Shown here one piece after another: positions 10,963 to 23,651 of a stretch of 64,000 bases of DNA. The stretch lies in assembly GCA_002269645.1 (NCBI GenBank), contig NIVC01000010.1, positions 1,860,001 through 1,924,000 on the forward strand. Reading direction: 5' to 3'. Under the pieces are notes generated by a model. It was not told the origin of the DNA and ran no database searches. It worked only from the letters and a program-made list of their open reading frames with translations. Made by a program: the position numbers and the translations under genes. The stretch comes from Macrostomum lignano. Lineage: Eukaryota. The number at the start of each line of letters is the position of its first letter. Within the stretch, counting starts at the first letter, position 1.

Positions 10963-13900
10963 CTGAAATTGGCACTCTGTAGCTTAGTCTTGGCACTCTG
11001 TAGCTTAGTCTTGGCACTCTGTAGCTTAGTCTTGGCACTCTGTAGCTTAGTCTAGGCACTCTGTAGCTTAGTCTGGGCACTCTGTAGCTTAGTCTTGGCA
11101 CTCTGTAGCTTAGTCTTGGCACTCTGTAGCTTAGTCTAGGCACTCTGTAGCTTAGTTTGGGCACTCTGTAGCTTAGTCTTGGCACTCTGTAGTTTAGTCT
11201 TGGCACTCTCTGTAGCTTTGTCTTGGCATTCTGTAGTTTAGTCTGGGCACTCTCTGTAGCTTAGTCTTGGCACTCTGTAGCTTAGTCTTGGCACTCTGTA
11301 GCTTAGTCTTGGCACTATGTAGCTTAGTCTTGGCACTCTGTAGCTTAGTCTTGGCACTCTGTAGCTTAGTCTTGGCACTCTGTAGTTTAGTCTGGGCACT
11401 CTATGTAGCTTAGTCTTGGCACTCTGTAGCTTAGTCTTGGCACTCTCTGTAGCTTAGTCTTGGCACTCTGTAGCTTAGTCTTGGCACTCTGCAGTTTAGT
11501 CTGGGCAGTCTCTGTAGTTTAGTCTGGGCACTCTCCATAGTTCAGTCTGGGCAGTCTAGTTTAGTCTGGGCACTCTACATAGTTCAGTCTGGGCACTCTC
11601 TGTAGTTTAGTTTGGGTACTCTCTGTAGTTTAGTCTGGGCACTCTAGCTTAGTCTGGGCACTCTAGCTTAGTCTGGGCACTCTATGGCTTTGTCTTGGCA
11701 CTCTGTAGTTTAGTCTAGCCAATTTCAAAAGGGAAATTTCACTTTTTAAATCTAATTTACCGGCCTACTATAAACAAAGACACGGGCGTGAACTGATCAG
11801 TGCCCGCTGTTAGCTCACCTGTACGCAGTGATAACCGACTCCAAGTGAATCAGGCCGACTCAATACTCGATCCAAATCTTCCAAAGTTAACACCGTAACC
11901 AACGGCAACGAACTCGCCAACGCCTCGCCATCCTGAACTCTAGCAGTCGACTGAGTTTCAGTTTGAGCATGGCTGCCGCATCTGAGCAGGGCTTCAACTC
12001 GTTGCGATTCTATTGAACCATTCTGCTTATAACTACTGCTGCTGTTGTTTCCGTTGCAATGGTTAAAAAGTCTAGCCGCGTGAGAATAAGCATTCAATTC
12101 GGCGCCGCAGGAGGGCGCCGCGTAACCGTCGCGCATCGATAGCGGCGCCATAGGTGGCGCCCTGGCAGCGCCGAAGGCGCCCCGTTCCAACACCAATCGA
12201 CTGCGACTGCGACGAGAATGATGCCAAACTTTTGTTAATGAGCCCAGCCTGCGGTATTGCTGATGCTGTTGCAGATGATTGCGCAATCGGAATTGGTTGC
12301 CAAGGCCGCGTGAACTACTACTAGTAGTACTGGCTGAAGTAGAATCCGACACAGCTAATATTCTACAACTTTTTCTAGTGGCTAAAGCCGATAATAACAC
12401 TTTTTTGATGAAGCATTGAGTAGCCAGTGCCAGGCAGTTCAAAGTATCCGGGGAGAAGTCTTGCAGTGAGTACAAATTCAGCGTGTGCATAGCGCGGCCG
12501 TACATCATCCAGGCACCCGGGAGGCGCTGCTCTCGCATGCAGGAGGCTGTCAAATATAAGTAAAATTATTACTCAAATATTCGATTAACTAATAAAGCAA
12601 ATTTCTAAGGAGAAGAGACACCTGTTTAGACAGGACAGATAAATAAATAGATAGATAGATAGATAAATAGACCTGTTTACACAGAAAAGACACCTGTTAA
12701 GAGAAAGGAGACACCTGTTAAGGGAACAAAGACACCTGTTAAAGGAACAAAGACATCTGTTAAAGGAACAAAGACACCTGTTAAGAGAAAGGAGACACCT
12801 GTTAAGATAAAGGGGACACCTGTTAAGGGAACAAGAACACCTGTTTAGACACAAGAGACACCTGTTAAGAGAAAGGGGACACCTATTAAGGGAACAAGAA
12901 CACCTGTTTAGACACAAGATACACCTGTTAAGAGAAAGGGGACACCTATTAAGGGAACAAGAACACCTGTTTAGACACAAGATACACCTGTTAAGATAAA
13001 GGGGACACCTGTTAAGGGAACAAGAACACCTGTTTAGACACAAGATACACCTGTTAAGATAAAGGGGACACCTGTTAAGGGAACAAGAACACCTGTTTAG
13101 ACACAAGATACACCTGTTAAGATAAAGGGGACACCTGTTAAGGGAACAAAGACACCTGTTTAGACACAAGATACACCTGTTAAGAGAAAGGGGACACCTG
13201 TTAAGGGAACAAAGACACCTGTTTAGACACAAGATACACCTGTTAAGAGAAAGGGGACACCTGTTAAGGGAACAAAGACACCTGCTTGGGCAGGAGACCC
13301 TGTGAGGCATGAGAAACGTGTTATATTATTTTTACAAAAAAGCATTGATATAATGACTTCAAGTTGAAGACTAACAAATTATTTTGCTCACTTGTAACAA
13401 CAGAGAAGTCTTTGCGACAGCCGCGATCAAAGGTGCCCTGACTCCCAGCTGGTGTGCAGGGATTACTAGCGGAGCCATTTGTCTCCTGCTTATAGTCGGC
13501 GATTAAAGATATCAGCGGCACCTGAGGTACCTCCACAAATCTGTGCCGCAGGCTCTTAGTCAAAGGCGCTGCAAGTAGTACGAGGCGATTGCCATACGCA
13601 TTTTTTAATTCAAAACAAAAATATTTAAAATAAACATGTTTTTTTACTCAAAACATTGATACAACATACCTGACGACTCTATCAATTTGCAGTCTGAACT
13701 CATAATATGCAGCATGAATTGATTGTGACTTGTCACTGAAATATTAATAACAATGTGCCTAAAATTTACTTTAAGTAGATAATCATTCAATGTATAGTTA
13801 AAATTAATTAACTTCAAAACTCACCATCTGAATAAGGAAACAGATTTTTGGCCTGTTTGTCAAATTCTTCTTTGCTGATTTGATTTTGAAACCAGCGATG

Positions 13901-16900
13901 CAGCAGTGTTATGTACCTGAGTTGCGAAAAATTCAGTTTTAAATATTACACACAAAAAGCAGTTTTACAACTTTAAAAGCAAAGCTCATTGAAAAAAAGA
14001 ATGAAAATTTAAGTATTAGAATGACAAGAGCCATCTGGTATCCTGGGTCTGAATATAGAAAATATAGAAAAATTTTACATATTGGGGGAATACACCTGGT
14101 TCTTGAGATTTTTGTAATAAGTATTTCTAAATACCAAATAAACACAAATAGTAATGAAAGCCACATTTATTGTTGCAATTATACAAAGTATTTGCTAGTG
14201 TTTGCTTCATTGTATAAATTCAAATAGATATTTTTCAAAAGGCTATGTCCATAATTATTATATTGTACTTGGATAGTAAATAATGGAAATTCTTAGTCAA
14301 AAACTGAATAAATGGTAACACGAATCAATTAGAAGGTAAAATGATCCCCTATGGAAGATGCACTCACAATAAATGGAACCTTACATGCACAAGTGCTGAC
14401 CTACCCAATGGTAAGTTGCAAAGTTACTTTTAGCAACTTTTGACATTCTTTACTATTTGTCTTACCTGTTTACTTGGTAAGTTGATGCACCTTAAGAAAG
14501 ACTTTGGCTTCACAATGTAGGAAACTACTCTTGTGGTGAATCCAAGCTAAGCCAAGGAGTAGAAAGTCTTATGTGACATATACTGTCATTTTAAATATCA
14601 TTCCAGTGAGCAAGACTGTCTTTTGGACACCAGCACTGAGTTTGACAGTATCAAAAAGTTGGTCCTCCATTGTCCAGTGGAAACACATTGGCTACAGGTT
14701 TTACTTGTGGTGGAGTGCATTGTCAACATGTTCAAACCACTTGCATGATACTTTAGTGAAGCTAAGTCAATCGGCCCCCAAGTTTGCAGGCCTTAAAGCA
14801 GCACTACTGGACCCTATAGCAGAATTTTCTTTTCATTTTCTAGCAGAAGTGCTGAAACCTCTGCAGCAATTTGAACTTCCATTCTAGCAACAAGGTTACC
14901 ACACACACCAGCTATATTGTGAACTTCTTGAAATCATGAAGCAATGGCTCCTTTCATTTATTTGACTCAATTGGGATGCCTGCCAACCAGATTCTAGAAG
15001 GTTGACAAAACAAATATTTCCATTTAGCTGTCACCTTACTAGCTCAGCATTGACAAGCCTACTTTAAGGTCAGCTTCAAGAGGATGAGAATTCATATATA
15101 TTAAATTCATATATATTCATTGGATTCAAAGAACTCATTTTTATTTTTTACTATTTTCATTGCAATATATATATATAATATTTGTTGTTTTTAAATTGTA
15201 TTTGGGTTTTCTATGCATTTTCAAATTGACTCAAATTGTTAATTAATTTCAATGACATGTCTCAATGACTAGCTAGTGCCTAGCCTGCTAGTTATAACAA
15301 GTTCATAACCATTGTCTATTTATATTAGAATCAATCAGTCTTGAGTCTTGTTAATTTGTAAAAGCTGTCAGCTAAATAAGAATCATAGTCATGCTACTGC
15401 CTATGCCTAGTGCCTACTTACCATGTCTAGTGTCTAAATCTAATTGCTAATGCTAATACTTAAATAGTTAGTAGTAGTAGGTAAACTAATAGTAAAATAA
15501 ACAAAATGCCAATGGACCAGACTAGTAAAATTAATAATGAAAATGTGATCATATCTTGCTGATGTAAAAGCATTCGAATTCAAAGGCATAGCCCTTTGGT
15601 TAATTGAATGGCCTATAGTATAGCCAAACAAGAAATTATGAATAGACAATAGCAAACAGTCTACCCATCAACTGAACAAACAGTTGGTAAAGCCATTACA
15701 GAATTACCATCTATTGTTACTGCTTTGTAGTCAAGTGTTGAAGACTGATTAGAATGTGGAATACCTCTTTGCTTAAAGACTCTGTCAATATTCATTGACT
15801 TCAAAAGGCTTGTAATCTAATTATGTGGCTCCAGAAATCAACCAATTGTTAATGTTGCTGCTAATGCCAATGTCAGTTCAATCATAGTCAACAAATCAAA
15901 AGTGCACCAATGTCAATGCTTTGACTTTTATGCATATTTAAAAGCCAGTAAAAGCATTTTTTTCTACATATAAAAGTTTTGTTACTTTGCTCTTGCAAAT
16001 CTATTAGGCCATTTGCAAGAATGATAGAATCTAGAACTCAAGGATTAAGTGTTGTCTATGTCAAGTTCAAGGTGTACGAGGGTATTTCAAAAGTTTGTAG
16101 AAAAGCTATCTTTGCATAAAGCTATAGCCTTGAAACTTTTCACAAATACTATTTCATATATCTATAGCCTCTAGCTAAATTTTCAGCAAAATTGATTGAA
16201 ATGGCCACTAGAAATCTGCAATCAAACTCTGAACACCCCACTGCATTTCCTGCATTCTCCAAGGAGCAGTCAAAAGCCATAATGCTGTTCCTGTTTCATC
16301 GAGGCTCTAGTGCAAATGAAGCTGCTTCTGAGATGAAGCTCCATCCCTCAGCACTGTGCACAAGTGGTTTGGTTGCTTTAGAGCTGGCCATTTCAATCTG
16401 GCTGACAAGCCTAGAGAAGGTCATCCAAGAACATCAATAGACTCCTTAAATGTGGCTGCTATGCAGTTGGTGTTGAATGAGGATGCGACTGACAATTGAG
16501 AGGATGGAGGAGAGTTTGGGCATTGATGCCACATTGATTTGGCACCAAGAAAGCTGCCAAATGGGTGCCACAAATCCTCTCGCCTGAGCAGAAGCAGCAG
16601 AGAATTGATTTCTGCAGAAATTTCCTGGATCAGTTCAAAGATGGAGCATCTGCAAACTTCCAGAACATTGTCACAGGTGATGAAGCCTGGTTCCATCAGT
16701 AAGACCTGCCAACTAAATCACAGTCAATGGTTTGGTCACTGAAAGGAGCCCCACTTCCCCAAAAGGGAAAATGGGTGAGGTCAGCTGGGAAAATCATGTT
16801 CACAAGTTTCTTCTTGCCCAGAGGCATTGTAGCCTTAGTGCCTGTTAAGCAAGGATGCACTGTGACCTCTGATTGGTATGTGACCAGCTGCTTGCCCATT

Positions 16901-19180
16901 GTGTTCAATTCCATTGCAGCTGGCCACAGCAAAGCTGAGCTACGCTGCTACTTCCTGCATCACAACAATACACCTGCGCATACAGCAAACAACACAGTGC
17001 AGCACATTCATGCTTCTGGCATCAAACTGCACCCCGCCTTATTCACTGGATCTGGTGCAGTGCAATTTCTGGTTATTTCTGAAAATCAAGCAGCTGCTGC
17101 ATGGAAAATTGTTTGAGACTCATGATGAGCTGATTTCTGCTATAAATGAGCTGAGCAGCTCAACTCCATTGAAAAAGCTGATTTTAGGGGTTGCTTTGAT
17201 AGCTGGCTGCATTGCATGCAAATGTGCATAGAAATTGATGGCAATTATGTTGAGAGATCAGATTAAGATGCTAATTAATGTGTCGCAACCCACTTTTTGA
17301 TATCTGCTTGTCCTTGTAATTTGCAAGTGTCTGAATTTTGATATAGCTCATTCTGATGACTGTATGTTTTATCTTTTGAAAATCTTGAGTTTAACTTAAA
17401 AAATATAATTGCATTTTCCTTTTTTTCCTTGCAGCTTCCACTAATTCTTTAAAGGATAGGGCCTACCTATAATCTATATTTTAGTTCTAGATTCAAGATG
17501 TCCAAAAGAAATTTTAATCAGATAGTTGCAAAAAACTTATTGTGTGACTTTGATGAGCCTATGCCTATGTCAACTTGTGAAGTTGCAGAGCATTAAAGTG
17601 ACTTTTCTTATCTATTAATGCCATCATCAATGAAAAGTGAACTGAGCTCTGATATTGAGTCAGAGTATACTGAACTAAATGGTCCTTCTTTTGAGGATTG
17701 TCTCAATGATACTGATACTAATAATAGTGATGACCTTGAAGTTGAGCAAGAACAAAACCTAAATGCAATCCCAGGCACTGGCACTAATGCAACTGCTGCT
17801 GGTATTGATTCTGAAGTTGAATGTGACTCCTCTAAGACTGAATTAGGCCTAAGCTTAGAGATTGAATCGTTGAAATATTGGCAGCTAAATAATACCATGA
17901 AATACTTTTCTTGGATTTTTATGAAAAATGAAATTGCTCATATATCTGAAACTGTCTGTCCACTTTTGTCATTTTTTGTATTGTAAAATGTAAGGTTGGG
18001 ATCAAAATCTAAGACTGCTAGAGACAAAAGTAAAACATTGACTATGCTATAATATCATCCTACAATCTATCAATAAAAATGTACGAAGAAATAAAAATCA
18101 GCACCCACCTTTGGCGAGACACCAAAGAAAGCAATAATTGTTATTTAAACAACATGCAGATTTTAAGACTAATGTGAAACCATTGAAAATAAAGGGAATT
18201 TTGTTAAAGTTCAACGTTGGTACAACGGATTTGTCTTGGGATATCCTCAATGGTAACACAATAGTGGGCACCAACGTTGATCCAATGGATACAGGAACAT
18301 TGGGTAGAATCAAGTCAGATAATGTCATAGCATGGAACAGTTTTTAGGTAAATAGCAAGAGTAATTCTGACTGCCTTATTAAGGCAAAATGCATCATCAT
18401 CTAAATTATTACTACCGCTTGGTACCAAATATTGTTAGCAAGTTGCAGCTCTTAAAGCCTTAGACCATATACCATTAAGGGCTTCTTACACATAAGAGCT
18501 ATTAGCATTATTCAATAGCAAAAAAAACAAAAAGAAAGCCCAGTTTCCTTATCTGATTTATTGGTTCAAATTATTCAATAAGTTTATCTTTAAATTGATT
18601 TCTTTGTACTTTAGCTACAATTTGTATTTTGTTTTTGGCTTACTTCTATTTTTGGCTCATATTAAGCTTTTACTAGATTTAGTTTAGTCAAGATTACTCA
18701 AAATTTAAAACAGCTCAAATATATATATAGACTTCTTTCTTTAATACAGTTTTTTCTAGGTAACATTTAAACAAAGCTATGTCTAATAATAAAAATAGTA
18801 AATTATTTAATATATATATATATTAAAAATTTGAATTTGTTAAGTAATAATGAATACAGCTTTAATTATTACTAACTTACTTAAGTTATACTGACTAAAT
18901 ATTCAAATGTCTTTATGTCATGACATAACAAAGACAAATTATTTAAAAAACCATATACTGTCTATATGACTAGGCCCTATACCAATAAAACTAAAAAGAT
19001 AATAAATATCTAAAAATATATTGATATTAATAATAGAAATAAAATTCACAAATAGTTTTACAACAATAACTAACCAACTCAAGCAAAAAAACTGAGAAAA
19101 ACTTACCAAAAATAGTTTTCTTTCAGTTCACTTTGTAGTCTCTGCTTTAAGACACTATCAAAGTTTGACGAATCAGTCAT
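10594..19180 (-). CDS. TADA1: Transcriptional adapter 1 (SAGA complex Tada1/Ada1), 6 exons, ~501 aa
   Basis: Exons 19180-19107, 13916-13825, 13735-13670, 13568-13392, 12546-11819, 10962-10594 give a continuous ORF (phases 2,1,1,1,0). YITLLHRWFQNQISKEEFDKQAKNL, SHNQFMLHI and LPGAWMMYGR...ATQCFIKKVLLSALATRK correspond to TADA1 motifs recalled from memory (WFKQKISKEEFD, HSHNDFLLAIL, LPTRGQLEGR...VENHLKDILTSVVSRRK). Confidence 0.88.
10971..11718. repeat. 21-bp minisatellite in TADA1 intron 5
   Basis: Unit ggcactctgtagcttagtctt; abuts the acceptor. Confidence 0.95.
11819..12546 (-). CDS. TADA1: TADA1 exon 5 (histone-fold region and S/Q-rich insert)
   Basis: tttgacag| ... CAG|GTGAGC; within ORF 11810-12553. 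Confidence 0.88.
12617..13286. repeat. 21-bp minisatellite with 63-bp higher-order repeat in TADA1 intron 4
   Basis: Units gacacctgttaagggaacaaa / gacacctgttaagagaaaggg / cacctgtttagacacaagata. Confidence 0.95.
13392..13568 (-). CDS. TADA1: TADA1 exon 4
   Basis: cttgcag| ... A|GTGAGC, phase 1-1. Confidence 0.8.
13670..13735 (-). CDS. TADA1: TADA1 exon 3 (SHNQFMLHIM)
   Basis: atttcag| ... G|GTATGT, phase 1-1. Confidence 0.85.
13825..13916 (-). CDS. TADA1: TADA1 exon 2 (WFQNQISKEEFD)
   Basis: caactcag| ... G|GTGAGT; hallmark N-terminal motif. Confidence 0.9.
14590..14970 (+). pseudogene. Decayed hAT-family transposase fragment
   Basis: PVETHWLQVLLVVECIVNMFKPLA*YF resembles the hAT TRWLS...V.R...L..YF block. 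After a frameshift, LLDPIAEFSFHFLAEVLKPLQQFELPF*...HQLYCEL resembles the following helical region. Stops and frameshifts present. Confidence 0.55.
16077..17316 (+). mobile_element. Decayed mariner (Tc1/mariner) transposon in TADA1 intron 1
   Basis: TA + cgagggtatttcaaaagttt left TIR; degenerate right end actttttgatatc...ccttgTA. Frameshifted transposase motifs KWVPQIL, IVTGDEAW, LHHNNTPAHT and PYSLDLVQCNFWLF. Length ~1.24 kb. Confidence 0.88.
17498..18347 (+). pseudogene. Possible decayed transposase N-terminus (acidic, piggyBac-like)
   Basis: Asp/Glu/Ser-rich broken ORF followed by KYFSWIFMKNEIAHI, loosely like the piggyBac F.LFF...I..I block. No catalytic motif seen. Confidence 0.25.
19107..19180 (-). 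CDS. TADA1: TADA1 exon 1 (MTDSSNFDSVLKQRLQSELKENYF)
   Basis: ATG at 19180, donor TG|GTAAGT phase 2 matching exon 2. Confidence 0.7.
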
Positions 19181-20699
19181 TATGCCATCAGATTATGTTA
19201 AAAAGCAGTTAAAAATAGATTATAGGCACAAACATGTACTTAAGTCTGTTACAATAAAAGGATTTTCTTGTGCTTCAAAACAATAGATCTCGTTTGCTCT
19301 TTCGTCTTTTGTCTACTTCTGCTGGTACAAAGCAATGTACCAAGTCACAATAAAATAAGTGCGCAACGCAAAATGCATTAAAAATGGAAGCAAATATTTA
19401 AATTTAAAATATTCGGTTAGATGCAAGTTAGATCCGCTTTGTAGTTATAAATACAATAGGCCCTATTTAAAAATTTACGAGGAACTCGCTCGCTTAATGC
19501 GTGCATCATGCATATGGTAATTTTCTGAGAAAATATGCTTTTTAAATTTTTGCAATATACGTGATCATTAGCTAAGTAGTTATATCAAAAAACAATAATA
19601 GCTTTAACTCATGATGACGCAAGCTCAGAGTACATTGGAAACAACGAATAAAAAATAAGCGTTTATAAATGAAAATGTCACTTTTCACAACTCTTTACTG
19701 TATTTTACGTAAAAAATATTCTAAAACATTGAGGGCTCCTTTGTTAAATGCATTTAATCACTTGTGGCAGCCACTGTAAAGCCTAAAGCTGTGCGCTGAG
19801 TGGAAATCCTTTTTGTGCGGCTCGCTTACCTTTTTTTACAACAATAACAACACTTACAATATGTTTTTTCTGTCTGTCTGTTTCACTGTCACAAGAAAAC
19901 CGATAAAATTGTTGTAGAAATTAAAATACACAGCAGTATTATTACATGTCTGGCAAGTCTTGAAAATGAATACTGGCAAGGCTCTAATAATCTTCCCCAT
20001 TACCAAATTATTTTTCCAACTGCATTACTTGCGAAAATTATTTTAGCATATACAGCTGTACATGTTGTACACATATACATGTACATTTAAATTCAGAAAT
20101 TACATGTACATATATTATATGTGTTGATGAGGACGCACCTTTTTTCAATCTTAAAGCCGCACATTTTGCTTCGATGCGCCTTCTCCCCTACTGTCAGTAG
20201 GCTAGCTTAGGATTTTCTCTCCATTCTCTCGTCGTCTAGACTAAGTTCTATATTAACTTATGACATTACTATTAATTATGATAGATACTCCATGTACTTC
20301 TCTTAGGATTCTAATTTTGGATACGCATCTTTGAAGGTCAGTCTGGGTCTGAGGCGGATTGACTTCTACAGTCTAGACAGGCGACACTAAGTATGGGAGG
20401 AATTTTTTTAGCCCCATTCTGATCCCCCAGATTTCTGACTTTTTCACTGCTTCCAGTGACTTATGGCGGTCTAGCTGTCACTTTTGACTCCAGCCTGTCT
20501 GGATCAAAGAGGCCTTTCCAGCTTTCTCCCCACTCGCTCTGTTACTTTCTCTTTTAATTTATGGGTGTTTTGCTGTCACTTTTGGCGCCAGGATGTCTAG
20601 ACAAGTGACTTTTATTATGTTTTGCACGTGATTTATGACCGCACCTGTCAGCTTCCCTGGGGTCCGAAGGCCATCTGGTGGGGTGGGTTTTGGGGTCTT

Positions 20700-20815
20700 G
20701 AGCTCAGCCAATCAGAGACGACCTGACTGCCCCCGGCTCGTCCAATCGGAAAATTCGGTGCCTATTTTAACAAAAGCTCTCAGCCAATCAGAAAATTCAG
20801 CGCGCGTTATAACAA
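20700..20815 (+). promoter_or_regulatory. CCAAT-box cluster plus TATA-like element
   Basis: agccaatcag (CCAAT 20708), tccaatcgg (20742), agccaatcag (20784), ttataa (20807). Confidence 0.4.
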
Positions 20816-23222
20816 ATCGGCCGCATGGAGAGCTAAAAGGCGGCAACTCGACCCGCGCTCGAAAAGGCTTGCTTGGACCTCCCTTCTTGCACGGTCCTAA
20901 CCCCGTCTTCGACGTCTGGTTCCCCTTCCCCCGGCAGTTTCGGCTTCAGCAGCTAAGCTCCCCTTGAGAGGCATCACTTCCCGGCCGTGAACAAAGAGCA
21001 GCAACAGCAACAGCAACCGGCAAATGAAGAGTAACGGCGGCACTCGTCAGTTAAGATCAGCATCAGCATCCCATCCGAGCGTTTCGGTCTCTGCGGATCG
21101 ATCTCCTACCGGCAGTTAGGTGTCCTCTGATTGGTTTGGTGAGAGGCTATCTTGACCTGCTAAACTGGGTTAAGTAAGCATGCTATCTTGACCTGCCCTT
21201 TGTCTGACCCCTTCCTAGGTAGTCTGATAGGATTTGCACTTTTGCTTGCTTTGCTTTTTGTGTGCCAAACTCGAGGCAAAAGTTTCATATAATACTAAAA
21301 GTAGCCATTTGCTCTGACTCGATCTAAGGTGTTTAGGATTGCGGATTAAGTGAGAAAGTTAAATCTGGAAGTTAAAGACTTAGCGTTTTCTTTCTTTTTC
21401 GCAATGCCAGCTGAGATGAGTGGCTAGACCTAGAGGCAGAGGTCACGGTGGACCGGAAGCGGCACAGTTCCCAGTCAATGAGTCGATCTAAGAAATCATT
21501 ATGTTAAGCATGCAAATTAAGAGCCAGACTGGCGCTTTCGCGCGGTCACAGGCAGCTAAGCGGCTAAAGTAAGTTAAATATTAGTCGAAAGATCTCCAAA
21601 GGCGGCAGTACACCTACATCATCGCTATCTGTCGACGTGTTAATACATTTAGTGCCAAAAGCGTGCAGTTACGTGCATTTGTACATGTACTTCTGGGAAT
21701 TTGGTAATGAAATAGTGCTCGCCAGCACAAAGAACCCCCTGCAAAAGTCCTCTCTGTCCCTGCATGGCCAATGCGATCTTCGTCCCAGCAGCGTCCCTTC
21801 GTCCCAGCAGCTATGACTTCGAGATTTAGACAGCTAAAAGACACTAGATGGCAGGTAAGTGCAGTGCCCCTCTAGTCGGAAGTCCGATTTCGATAGCTCC
21901 GGTTTGGTGAGCCGGGGCGCACGGACTGGTGGCAGCGGGTTAGTTTATCTGCGGATTAGCTAATCTCTACCTTTCAAATTCTCCCTGCTTGTCTCTCGCT
22001 GTCTTCTCCTAGCTATAGGACCTTGCTGCTCGCCCACAATCTAGCTACCATGGGGCTGACCATCTGACAGGAGTGAGAGGCCAGAGTTCTAAGTGATTCG
22101 TTTCTGAGTTCTGAGGCCCGAAGCTATAGGCTTAAAAAGGCCGAACCCATCAGTGTGTTGTGAGCTGCGCCTGCGCCTCACAATGCCCTTGCCCCGACTT
22201 TTCATTATAATTTGTCCTAGATCTCTAAATTCTTTTCCTCCCATCGCGGTTCGCTCGAGTCTGTGAATTAGTGTCCTCGTACGCCTTCAGAGACCTCTCG
22301 ATCTGGTGCTGCTGAATGGCTTACATGCTCGCAGCCTCATCATCCAAACCTGCATGGTCTTTTGTCCGTAGGGCTGGGTGCGAGTGTCCGTACGCTCCGT
22401 TACGAGTGTCCGTTATTAGGGGGGGGGGGCGTGGACCACCGTGGCGCTCTTATGTGCCAGCGGCCCAAATTCCAAGTGCAGTCACAAATTATTGTTGGAA
22501 TCTTGAAATACTCGTACTTGAGATTCTCGTGCAATTAACGGCCCTGAGGGCCTAACCCCAGTTCACAGTGAAGTGTACATGCCTAGATACATTGTAAAAT
22601 AAAGTTAGGGCCGCTGTACACTCCGTGTGTGTGCCTGTGCGTACATGTATGACTGCGTACGTATCCGCGCGCTCGTGTGCCTGCTCAGGGGAGTCGGCGG
22701 AATGGGCAGCAATGCCCCTCGCCGGTTGTGTGACAATGTCGCTTAAATTGCGCCAGGGTGCATACGAGCCCGTGCCTCTAACTCTAGCTAAAAGTGCACA
22801 TGTACATGTATACGTACTACTAAGTATATCCAGCCTTGTACGAGCGTAGGATATCACAATCGCCTTGTATCGTACAGTTTATCATGTGAGCTTACTTCAG
22901 CGCAATTTTCTAGTGTTTAGAGCTACACTTAAGATAGTAATTGAACGATAATCAACAGTCGCTGCGATTTTTTTCAATACTCTTCTTTTCAACGTTGGAA
23001 AGTAGGGAAAAATCAAAATGAAATATTTATTCGTCTTTGACAAGTAGAGCCACTGTCGAGAATACGAGGCTCTCGGTATTCCACCTGACATCTCTCAGGG
23101 TGCTCTTTGCCTTTGTAAGCTCGAGCATCGAATAGAAACGAAGAAAAATTAACACTCGGCAGTTGTCTTTGTAGAGTTAAAATGAGGCGAGCGTTATCAC
23201 TCTGGTCTGAAAGCGAAATTCA

Positions 23223-23651
23223 TTAAGACTCCTCCTCGTCCTTGGCGTTGCGTTTTCGCTTCAGCGCCAGCTGCTCCTCGCGAACGGCAATCTTCATAGC
23301 CAGACAGGCCTTCTTGCGCCTGTCGACATTCTTGATCTGCTGGTCGACAACGCCGATTCTTTCGTAGAATGGCGGATCAGGCTTCTTAGGCGGCTTGGGC
23401 CACACGTAGTCCATGCGCTTCTTGGCCAGAGTGCTGAAGATGAAGTCGTAGTTCTGTCTGAACAAGAAGCCGGTCTCCTCAAACTCGTTGGTCGGACTCT
23501 TGCGCAGTCGCAGATGATGGAAGGATTTGTAGGTGGTTTCCACCACTAGACCGAGAGACTCCATGATTACTGCTGGTACAACTTTGCGCTGCGTTGGACT
23601 CAGAGTGTCCACGTCGCTCATTGCGTGACTGTTGATCTCGATGAGCCACAC
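23223..23651 (-). CDS. TTLL10: TTLL10-like exon 3 (VWLIEINS to C-terminus)
   Basis: aaatctcag|GTG TGG, phase 0; restores the DEDMK-VWLIEIN motif. Confidence 0.85.
   Translation of the reverse strand: MWLIEINSHAMSDVDTLSPTQRKVVPAVIMESLGLVVETTYKSFHHLRLRKSPTNEFEETGFLFRQNYDFIFSTLAKKRMDYVWPKPPKKPDPPFYERIGVVDQQIKNVDRRKKACLAMKIAVREEQLALKRKRNAKDEEES

Noticed and set aside
10685-11206. 173-aa ORF with RLSYRVP repeats
   Set aside because: It is the 21-bp intronic repeat read into exon 6 in the wrong frame.
21841-21880. Two CTCF-like motifs (CACTAGATGGCAG and, on the reverse strand, GACTAGAGGGGCAC)
   Set aside because: Short matches overlapping a splice donor; the species and whether it has CTCF are unknown.
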